In this document: one piece after another, positions 27,861 to 35,361 of the stretch
Numbering within the stretch: position 1 is the first letter of the stretch
How the letters are laid out: each line of letters opens with the position of its first letter
Assembly: GCA_964405415.1 (NCBI GenBank)
Contig: CAYONY010000002.1
Location: forward strand, 1-41,774
Direction: 5' to 3'
DNA length: 41,774 nt
Origin: an uncultured Fimbriimonadaceae bacterium
GTDB lineage: Bacteria > Armatimonadota > Fimbriimonadia > Fimbriimonadales > Fimbriimonadaceae
Notes under the pieces: model-generated
What the model was told of the DNA's origin: nothing
What the model saw: only the letters and a program-made list of their open reading frames with translations
The model's database searches: none
Translations under genes and position numbers: made by a program

Positions 27861-27866
27861 AAGAAC

Positions 27867-28748
27867 CTAGGCGGCCTCTTCCCGTTTGTAATCTCCGGCC
27901 AGGATCCGCTCGTAGGCACCGCTGAGCACCCAGCGCTCCAATTCCTGCGTTCGGTGCACCGGCATCGGATGCGAATACGTGCTGCTCATCGAGATGAAGA
28001 TCAGCACTTTGCCGATCGCCTCCAGCCCCGCGGCGTCCTGATAGGCCCGAGCCTGGTCCATGAAGGCGTCCCGGCTCATCTCGTGCTGCAGCCGGCTCGG
28101 ACCCGCCGTCAAAGCCAGGTTCGCATCGATCGAAGTGTCCAAATTCTGCGCGACCAGCAAGCCGGCGCGATCCGCCGTGAGCTCGGCATTCCGGCTCCAC
28201 TCGTAGAAGGCGAGCACCAACGCCAGCCCGGCCACGTCGCCCAGACCGAACGTCCGCCTCCCGACCAGTTCCAGAAGCGGAATGAGAATCTGAGCGACCG
28301 ACTTATAGAGCACATGCCCGGCCTTGATGTGCCCTAGCTCGTGGCCAATGAGATGGTAAAGCTGCTCGTCGGTGAGCGTATCGATAATGCTCGATCGAAG
28401 GGTGATGTAGGGCCGCTCGACGCCGCCGGTGAACGCGTTCGGAAATGGGTTGCTGGTGACGTAGATCTCCGGCTCCGGCATATCCAGAACGTCGGCGCTT
28501 TCCCGAAGGATTTCGTAAATCGTTTTGAATTGGTTCGGCCCGCATCGAACCGACATCGACATGTTGTAGCAGTACATCCAGCGGTCGATGCCGAGCTCGT
28601 AGAACCTCTGCACGATCTTGGGCAGCAAGGGGATCCGCTTGAGGGCGTCGAGCGCGAGCCGGTCGGTATCGGCAACGAAGGCATCGGCGGAAATCCCGGT
28701 GAGGATCGTTCGGCCGGTCGTTTTCGGAGCAACGGGTTTGCGGGCCAT
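27867..28748 (-). CDS. M48 family zinc metallopeptidase
   Basis: HELGHIKAGH (HExxH) with downstream E...ADR. 293 aa. Confidence 0.85.
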   Translation of the reverse strand: MARKPVAPKTTGRTILTGISADAFVADTDRLALDALKRIPLLPKIVQRFYELGIDRWMYCYNMSMSVRCGPNQFKTIYEILRESADVLDMPEPEIYVTSNPFPNAFTGGVERPYITLRSSIIDTLTDEQLYHLIGHELGHIKAGHVLYKSVAQILIPLLELVGRRTFGLGDVAGLALVLAFYEWSRNAELTADRAGLLVAQNLDTSIDANLALTAGPSRLQHEMSRDAFMDQARAYQDAAGLEAIGKVLIFISMSSTYSHPMPVHRTQELERWVLSGAYERILAGDYKREEAA

Positions 28749-28802
28749 GGCGTTGATGGAGGTTACGTGGAGGAGGGCGGGTCGGGTTGCAGGCCAATAG
28801 GG

Positions 28803-29423
28803 CTAAAGGAGTCCAAGATGACGAAGATGGGCCCGAATCTCCTGGGCCGGATCCCCCAGCGGGTCGATGCGGAACGCCTGCCAGCTCCTTGCCGCCGCCG
28901 CGTCCACATTGCCAAAGGCATCGTCGAAGTACACGATCTGCTCGCCTTGGGCGCCCGACGCCGCTTCGAAGGCTTCGTACATCCGCGCATCCGGTTTTTC
29001 CGCCCCCACCAGGTGGGACGCAATCGGAAAGTCGAGCGTCGCCAAAACCGCCAGCCGCGGCTCGTGAAACATCGCGTCCCAGTGCGGGGCATTGGTGTTG
29101 CTCAGGCAGCCGGTGGCGAGGCCGGACGCCTGAACCTCGGCGATCAGCTCCGGGATTCCGGGATACGCGGTCCGCAGAATCGCGTTGTGGGCAGCCAGGC
29201 CCAGACCCTTGATATCACCTCCAAAGTAGCTCTCGAGAGTCAAGAGATAGCTATCAAGGTCGATTTCGCCTTTCTGATAGGCGTTGAAGGGTTCGAAGTC
29301 GGTGAGCGGCACGTCGAAACTCGCGGCCCTTTCCAGGGGGACGCCGGCATCGAGCAGCGCGCCTTTCCAGTGGTGGTTGATCTCGACGAGGACGCCCCCC
29401 AAGTCGAAACAAACGACGTGCAT
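28803..29423 (-). CDS. HAD superfamily hydrolase
   Basis: Motif I VVCFDLGGVL at the N-terminus, SNT in the middle and FDD near the C-terminus. Confidence 0.8.
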   Translation of the reverse strand: MHVVCFDLGGVLVEINHHWKGALLDAGVPLERAASFDVPLTDFEPFNAYQKGEIDLDSYLLTLESYFGGDIKGLGLAAHNAILRTAYPGIPELIAEVQASGLATGCLSNTNAPHWDAMFHEPRLAVLATLDFPIASHLVGAEKPDARMYEAFEAASGAQGEQIVYFDDAFGNVDAAAARSWQAFRIDPLGDPAQEIRAHLRHLGLL

Positions 29424-29461
29424 GGCTTGGCATTATGAAGGCGATGGAAAAGGGGCGAGGA

Positions 29462-30535
29462 CTACGATTGAAGCGAATCGGTCACCATCCAGCCGCATAC
29501 CGCCCCCACATAAACCAGATTGCCGCCCCAAATAAAGACTTGAAGCGGGTCGATCCGCGCCGAACCCGCGGCGCCCAGCGCCATCAGGCCAACCACCGCC
29601 GCCACGCCGCCCAAGAGCCGCGAGGTGCTGACCGTGTGCGACCGCGTTCGATACCCCACGATCCCGAAAACCAATGCCGCCGCCCAAAAGTTGACGATCG
29701 CGATCGAGGCCAGGGCCAGCGAAGGCGAGACGCGATTGAGCGCGTTGGAGGAAAGGGCCTCGAATCGATCGACGTATTGAGCCAAGCTCACGCCCACACC
29801 CAGCGCGACGCCGGACAGGAACAGCATGACGACCAATCCGAGCGTCCAGGTCGAAATCCAAGCAAGCCCCGGGAATGCGGCCGCCTCGCGGGCCAAAACG
29901 ACATAAAAACAGCCAAACGGGATCAGCCCGAAGGCAATCGTCGGGCCGAGCCCCTGGCTCGCGTAGCGCAGAGGGGTCGGCTTGGTCCGGTTCATCTGGG
30001 CGACCAGGTCGTCGTGCTTGCGCTGATAAGCCAAGTTCTGCGGTTCCATCTGCACCGCATAAGCATAAAGGCGGATCGCCTCGCCGAGGTCGCCTCGGTT
30101 CCGGGCCAGGTCACCCAAAATCGCGTAGGGTGTGGATTGCCGGGCGTCCCGCACCAAAATCTGCCGCGCCAGCTTCTCTGCCTCGAAGAACGAACCCCTC
30201 GCGTAGAGCCAAACGAGACGTCTCAATTCATCGGCAATCGCGGGCGACGTCCGGGGCGGGGCCGGCCGGGATGCGCCGACATTTGGCGCGGGCCGGGCGG
30301 AAGGGGACCTCGCGCGTTGGACGCGAAGTTCGAGCAGACGGTCATATTCGCGCCGCCGGTCCGGATCGCTCAAAACTTCGTGGGCTTGGGTGATGCGGAC
30401 AAAGACCTCGACATCGGTTTTGACCCCGCTGCGATCCGGATGATGTTGGAGGACGAGGCGTCGAAAGGCGACCCGGATCTGTGCCGGTGTCGCATTCTGG
30501 GGCACCCCCAACGTTTCGTAAAAGTTGTCCGACAT
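29462..30535 (-). CDS. J-domain (DnaJ-like) protein with TPR-like segment and about 5 C-terminal transmembrane helices
   Basis: NFYETLGVPQNATPAQIRVAFRRLVLQHHPDR with an intact HPD, then a Pro-rich linker, a TPR-like region and a hydrophobic C-terminal half. Confidence 0.8.
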   Translation of the reverse strand: MSDNFYETLGVPQNATPAQIRVAFRRLVLQHHPDRSGVKTDVEVFVRITQAHEVLSDPDRRREYDRLLELRVQRARSPSARPAPNVGASRPAPPRTSPAIADELRRLVWLYARGSFFEAEKLARQILVRDARQSTPYAILGDLARNRGDLGEAIRLYAYAVQMEPQNLAYQRKHDDLVAQMNRTKPTPLRYASQGLGPTIAFGLIPFGCFYVVLAREAAAFPGLAWISTWTLGLVVMLFLSGVALGVGVSLAQYVDRFEALSSNALNRVSPSLALASIAIVNFWAAALVFGIVGYRTRSHTVSTSRLLGGVAAVVGLMALGAAGSARIDPLQVFIWGGNLVYVGAVCGWMVTDSLQS

Positions 30536-30572
30536 GCCGCCGTGGACCTATCGCGCGGCCCTCCATCCCGGT

Positions 30573-31868
30573 TCAATGCAAAAACAAACCCGCTTCGGAC
30601 CCGGCTTGGGAAATCCCGCCGAAATACGATGCGTAAAACGTGATGACAGTGTACGCCACATAAACGGCGACGATCAGGAAAACCAAGACGCCGAAGGCAT
30701 AGCCAAACTGGGTTGCTTTGGTGCTGGCGTCGTCTTCATAGAACGTGGCCATCCGTTCGAGCATCATGTCCACGTTTCCGGTGGTTTCACCGGTTCGGGT
30801 CATATCCAGCACCATTGGCGAAAATGCCCCGGTCGCGGCAAAGGTCTCGGTAATGCCCGCCCCTTCCTCCAGACCTTTGGCTGCCGGATGGATTCGAGCC
30901 CGCAAATACTCGTTCCCGCACGCATCCGCCGCGAACAGCACCGCGCGGTGAACCGGCACGCCGCCCGCGTAAAGCGTTCCAAAAGCTCGCCCGAATTTGG
31001 CCATGCTGAGCTGGTGAAGAGCTGGACCCAACACCGGAATCGAGAGAATCACTTGGTCGTACTGGAACTTGATTCGAGGGTTTTTCAGCCCCACCTTGAC
31101 AAACAAATAGATCCCCACAATGAGCGGCGTTAAAATGACCCAGGTCGATGGGCGCGTTAATAAGGTGTCGATGCCCCTCCCCCGCCCGATCATCGCGATC
31201 ACGGCATTCGCAGCCAGCACGATCAAAATCGCGGCCGCAACGACCAACTTTGGATAGATCGTTACTCGGCGAATGAGGTTGCGCAGCTCGATTTCCCGCT
31301 CGATGTAGCCGGCGATCTGGCCGAGCGCTTTGTCGAGTTGACCGCTTTCCTCGCCCACTCGAACCAAGCTGAGCATGAGCGGAGTAAACGATTCCGGATA
31401 GCGCTGCAGCCCGACGCTCATCGGACGTCCGGCCAGGGCATGGTCCCGAAGCTCCCGGATAATGGACTTGAGCCGGGGGTCGTGCGTTTGATTCGAAAGC
31501 GTGTCGAAGGTTTGCACCGGGTTTACGCCCGCGCCGAGCATCGTCGAGAGCTGGCGGAAGAAGAAGAGAAGGGCCGATAGGGGGATTTGCAGCACGAGCG
31601 GCCCGACGACGCTGGTCATCATATAGGACCGTTCGCTTGTGATGTCGGGGGCCGCGTTTGCGGGCGGTGGCTCGGCCCCGATCGGCGGCTCGATTCCGGA
31701 AAACTCTTTTGGGATCGGGTCGTTGGCGCCTGCGGCGAGCCCAACGTGCTGCACCTGGTAACCCTGCCTCGCGAGGTCTTCGGCGGCCGAAACGAGGGTG
31801 GCGCTCATCATCGTCCCCCGGACATTTTCACCGGAGGGGTTGGTGGCAGTGAATTCAAAGACGGGCAT
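30573..31868 (-). CDS. type II secretion system F / PilC family platform protein (paralog B)
   Basis: N-terminus MPVFEFTATNPSGENVRG, then two T2SSF-type repeats (FFRQLSTMLGAGV...GEESGQL and F.R.FGTLYAGGVP...GETTGN) with 3-4 TM helices. Confidence 0.9.
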   Translation of the reverse strand: MPVFEFTATNPSGENVRGTMMSATLVSAAEDLARQGYQVQHVGLAAGANDPIPKEFSGIEPPIGAEPPPANAAPDITSERSYMMTSVVGPLVLQIPLSALLFFFRQLSTMLGAGVNPVQTFDTLSNQTHDPRLKSIIRELRDHALAGRPMSVGLQRYPESFTPLMLSLVRVGEESGQLDKALGQIAGYIEREIELRNLIRRVTIYPKLVVAAAILIVLAANAVIAMIGRGRGIDTLLTRPSTWVILTPLIVGIYLFVKVGLKNPRIKFQYDQVILSIPVLGPALHQLSMAKFGRAFGTLYAGGVPVHRAVLFAADACGNEYLRARIHPAAKGLEEGAGITETFAATGAFSPMVLDMTRTGETTGNVDMMLERMATFYEDDASTKATQFGYAFGVLVFLIVAVYVAYTVITFYASYFGGISQAGSEAGLFLH

Positions 31869-31872
31869 CGCG

Positions 31873-33219
31873 CTATTCCGGCTCCAATCCTTTCAGCACC
31901 GTCGCCGGAAGGGCATAGTACAACGTCAGGATGATGAATAGGGCGATGATGCCCATTGTTACCGCAATCGTCACCGAACTCATGACCCACGCGGCGGCTT
32001 TGGATTGGGTGGTGCTCACTTCGAATTCCTGACGGCTGACTTCCGAGAGCTTTTGGAGCATGCCCGGCACATCGCCGGTCATTTCGCCGGTCGCCACCAT
32101 CGGCGCATATTCGTCGGGGAAAAGCCTTGTTTCATAGAACGCAGCCGAAAGCTTTTCTCCGGTGTGGATGCGTTGGCCGGCGGCGGCGAGTTTGTCGCGC
32201 AAGGCCAGATTGGGAACGGCTTCCATGCCCAATTCCCAACTGCGGTGGGGCGAGATACCGGCCTGGGCCACTTTGCTCAGAACCCAGGCAAACAGCGAAA
32301 GCCCTTCGTTCTTTGCGCGCTTGCCCAGCACCGGCGTGCCCAAGGACAGCCCGTGCCGCTTGAGGGTCATCGGCCGAGAATTCAGCCAGGCGTAGATCGA
32401 ATACGCGACGACATAGACGATCGCCGCCGCTGGGCCCACCGGCCATTTGAACATCTCCCAGAAAGCCGCGCCCATGGCGGCGAGGCCCCCGCCCATATTG
32501 GAAGCGCCCGATTGCTCGGTGAGCTCATAGCCACGAGGTAGCGCGCGATAAAAAAGATAGGCGAAGGGGACGACGAGAAAAAGGTTGATGAGCACGGCCC
32601 AAACGAACCACAGCGACCGCCGAAATTTATGCGAGGCCTCGGCCTGCTGGGCCACGGCTTGGCACGCTTCGGGCAAAAACCCTCCCGTTTCACCTGCGCG
32701 GACCAACCCGGCCACATGCGAAGGGAAGAGGTCGGGATAGGCCGCCAGGACCTCGCTGATCGGGACTCCGACATTCGCTCCCTGCGAAATCTTCATGAGC
32801 GCTTCCCGGTATTCCGGCCGCCGCATCCGCAGGGCCATATCGCCAAACGCTTGATGGGGATTAACGCCGGCGTGCAGCAAGCTCGAAATCTGGGTGAAGA
32901 GGAAGAAACGCTCCTTGTCTTTGCCCCGGCGGGTGCGCCGAGGAGTGAGGTCGGGCCGCGCGGTCCCCGCAGCCGGAATAGATGCAGGAACGGTCGAGCG
33001 GGCCGGAGCGAGCGTCGGGCTGGAGGAGGCTGCCGTCCGAGTTATGGCCGCGGCAGGGTTCGCCGGAATCGCCTGCTTTGCGCCCGGCTCCAGCCACGTC
33101 GTCACCTGTATCCCGCGTTGGGCAAGCGCCCGCATCGCCTCGTCGGACGTCGTTGCCTGGACGGTTCCTTGCACCGCCTTGCCCTGAGCGTCAGTCGCCG
33201 CGTACCGAAAGAACGGCAT
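31873..33219 (-). CDS. type II secretion system F / PilC family platform protein (paralog A, with low-complexity insert)
   Basis: ATG at 33219 gives MPFFRYAATDAQGKAVQG. Has T2SSF repeats (FTQISSLLHAGVNP...GETGGFL and ...GEMTGDV). The ORF-track extension to 33414 lies inside folK. Confidence 0.85.
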   Translation of the reverse strand: MPFFRYAATDAQGKAVQGTVQATTSDEAMRALAQRGIQVTTWLEPGAKQAIPANPAAAITRTAASSSPTLAPARSTVPASIPAAGTARPDLTPRRTRRGKDKERFFLFTQISSLLHAGVNPHQAFGDMALRMRRPEYREALMKISQGANVGVPISEVLAAYPDLFPSHVAGLVRAGETGGFLPEACQAVAQQAEASHKFRRSLWFVWAVLINLFLVVPFAYLFYRALPRGYELTEQSGASNMGGGLAAMGAAFWEMFKWPVGPAAAIVYVVAYSIYAWLNSRPMTLKRHGLSLGTPVLGKRAKNEGLSLFAWVLSKVAQAGISPHRSWELGMEAVPNLALRDKLAAAGQRIHTGEKLSAAFYETRLFPDEYAPMVATGEMTGDVPGMLQKLSEVSRQEFEVSTTQSKAAAWVMSSVTIAVTMGIIALFIILTLYYALPATVLKGLEPE

Positions 33220-33709
33220 CGTTGAGCATTCTGACGTCTTTAGCCTGGGCGTTCGTTGCGTCGAGAAGCTGGACGACTTCGCCCACGCCCTGAATGACCC
33301 AATCAGGGGCCACGTCGACCAGCGGCGCGAGCACGAATCGCCTCTCGGCGAGGCGGGGATGCGGCAGCACCAACTCGCGCTCGCCGCGCCGGCTGTGCAA
33401 CGCGAGCCGGCCATACGCGATGAGGTCGAGGTCGATCTCCCGGGGCCCGAATCGAGGGGTCGGGCCCCGCCCCACGGCCCGCTCGGCCTCCTTCAGCGCA
33501 TCCAACACGGCAAGCGGCCCCAAACGAGTCTCGCCGCGAGCTGCCGCATTGAGAAAGGCCGGCTGATCCGAGACGTACATCGGTGCGGTCTCATAGACGC
33601 GGCTGGCCGAACGCCAAGCGATGGAGCCTGTAAGCGCCGCCAAGGCCCGTTGCATCGCATCCAAACGGTCGCCCAGATTCGAACCTAGCGCAACGAGGAC
33701 TTCGGCCAC
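33191..33709 (-). CDS. folK: 2-amino-4-hydroxy-6-hydroxymethyldihydropteridine diphosphokinase (HPPK)
   Basis: VALGSNLGDR, YETAP, QP.FLNA, FGPREIDLDL and PHPRLAERRFVLAPL motifs. GTG start. Confidence 0.9.
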   Translation of the reverse strand: MAEVLVALGSNLGDRLDAMQRALAALTGSIAWRSASRVYETAPMYVSDQPAFLNAAARGETRLGPLAVLDALKEAERAVGRGPTPRFGPREIDLDLIAYGRLALHSRRGERELVLPHPRLAERRFVLAPLVDVAPDWVIQGVGEVVQLLDATNAQAKDVRMLNDAVLSVRGD

Positions 33710-33711
33710 CC

Positions 33712-34827
33712 TTAGCCCACCTTTTCGGGGCGACCCGAATGCAGCGAAGCGACGATCGCGCCCATCGTGCTGAGGGTCTCGACCCCTTCCGTCAGATCCG
33801 GAGAGTTCGGTTCACCTGAAATCAGCTTCGAAGCAAAGTAGTCGGCATAGTTCGCAAACTCGCCGTAGTGCATGCCCTTCAACTCGTGCCGATAGTAGTA
33901 GCCGGCCATCGCATGCTCATAGTCCTCTTCGTGCTCGATGCCGTCTTCGCCCACCCAGGAAAACCTCAAGTCCGGATATCGCGCCACCGAGCTGCCTTTC
34001 GAGCCCATCAGCACGCACTCGATCAGGCTGCGGCCCCGAGGATGCTCGTGAATCCCATAGTTGCCCAGCACGCGGGCAATCTTTCCGTTTTGAGAGCGCA
34101 GGTTCACCACAAGCGCATCGTCATGAGCCACGCCGTGGGCGCGTCCAAGCGCGGTTTTCATGCCGTAGGCGTGGACTTCTTGGATAGGCCCCAGATACCA
34201 CCGAACGAGATCGACCGGATGGCTCAACCCCAAGTAGGCCCAGTGCGTCTCCGCGATCGACCACGGGCTCTTTTCGTAGTACCAGTCCATCCGATGGTTG
34301 TAATGGCAGTCCAGAACCTCGGCTTCGCCGAATTCCCCGGCTTCATACCGTTCGCGCTGGCGCTGGAACGGCTCGTAAAACCGAGTGCTCTGGCCCACTT
34401 GGAGGCGAACGCCTTTTGCCCGCGCCAATTCCATCAAAGCAGGCGCCGCCTTTGGATCGTTGAGCAGCGGCTTCGTGCAGATCACGTGCTTGCCGGCTTG
34501 GAAGGCCGCCGCGATGTGCTCGGCATGAAGCGCATCCGGGGTGTAGATCGCCACAATGCGCACGTCCTCGCGCGTCAACATCTCCTCGTAGCGGTCGGTC
34601 AGAAAAATCCCGGGGGCCGCATGGAGCGCGGCGGTTCGCTTGTCGTAATCCAGGTCGCAGCCCGCCACCGCGCGGCAGAGTCCACTGGACCGCAGTGCGA
34701 CCAGCATCGTATGGCCCTCGTGGAGCCCGAGCACGCCCACGCCGAACTGCTCTTCAGGCGGAAGCTCGCCGTAACGGCGTCGGAGGCCGACCACCGGCTT
34801 GCCGGTCGGTAAACGGTCGGGGTGCAT
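33712..34827 (-). CDS. Gfo/Idh/MocA family NAD(P)-dependent oxidoreductase
   Basis: Rossmann start GVGVLGL.EGH, then VAIYTPDALHAE and GKHVICTKPL typical of the family. Confidence 0.85.
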   Translation of the reverse strand: MHPDRLPTGKPVVGLRRRYGELPPEEQFGVGVLGLHEGHTMLVALRSSGLCRAVAGCDLDYDKRTAALHAAPGIFLTDRYEEMLTREDVRIVAIYTPDALHAEHIAAAFQAGKHVICTKPLLNDPKAAPALMELARAKGVRLQVGQSTRFYEPFQRQRERYEAGEFGEAEVLDCHYNHRMDWYYEKSPWSIAETHWAYLGLSHPVDLVRWYLGPIQEVHAYGMKTALGRAHGVAHDDALVVNLRSQNGKIARVLGNYGIHEHPRGRSLIECVLMGSKGSSVARYPDLRFSWVGEDGIEHEEDYEHAMAGYYYRHELKGMHYGEFANYADYFASKLISGEPNSPDLTEGVETLSTMGAIVASLHSGRPEKVG

Positions 34828-34905
34828 GGCATTAGATTATCAGAGCGAATCTACGGGCAACAGACCGTGGCTGGAGATCGAGCCTTGCCGACCTCACCTC
34901 TCTCA

Positions 34906-34947
34906 CCCTTCTCCTTACTCCTTACTCCTTACTCCTTACTCCCTCAC
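34906..34947 (+). repeat. heptanucleotide tandem array (CCTTACT), 4 perfect copies plus degenerate flanks
   Basis: Perfect units at 34913-34940, flanked by CCCTTCT and CCCTCAC. It abuts the HIT stop codon (34944-34946) and lies 86-120 nt upstream of the oxidoreductase start. Confidence 0.97.
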
Positions 34948-35278
34948 CCCGGGGGCCAACCCAGCTTCCGACCTCCCAAAAGGTGGGCATGCAGGTGGTC
35001 AACCGTTTGTCCCGCATCGAGCCCCTCATTGATCACGACCCGGTAGCCGCCCGCGAGGTTCATCTGTTCCGCGATGGCCTTGGCCGCATTTAGCAAGTAG
35101 CGGTGGTCGCCGTCCGCCGGAATCGACGCCAGGCCGGCGATTTCCTGGCGCGGCACGATGAGCACATGGACCGGGGCCTGCGGGTTGATGTCGTTGAACG
35201 CCACGCAATGCTCGTCTTCATAGACGATCTCGGCGGGAATCTCTCGATTGATGATCTTGGTGAACAGGGTCGGAATTG
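34944..35278 (-). CDS. HIT (histidine triad) family nucleotide hydrolase, HinT-like; start codon unresolved
   Basis: LFTKIINREIPAEIVYEDEHCVAFNDINPQAPVHVLIVPR and DHLHAHLLGG (HxHxHxx). There is no ATG, GTG or TTG between the upstream stop (35362) and the conserved N-terminus. The nearest in-frame ATG is 35438, inside mtaB. Confidence 0.8.
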
Positions 35279-35361
35279 CCGCACCATCCTCGCCGGACTG
35301 CCGAATCGCTTCGGTTTTCGCGATGGGTCGCGGGTTTCCTGCAAAGCCGTCGCCAACGGCC

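Noticed and set aside
33220-33414. N-terminal extension of the pilC-like paralog A ORF
   Set aside because: It lies within folK in another frame. The conserved GspF N-terminus begins at the ATG at 33219.
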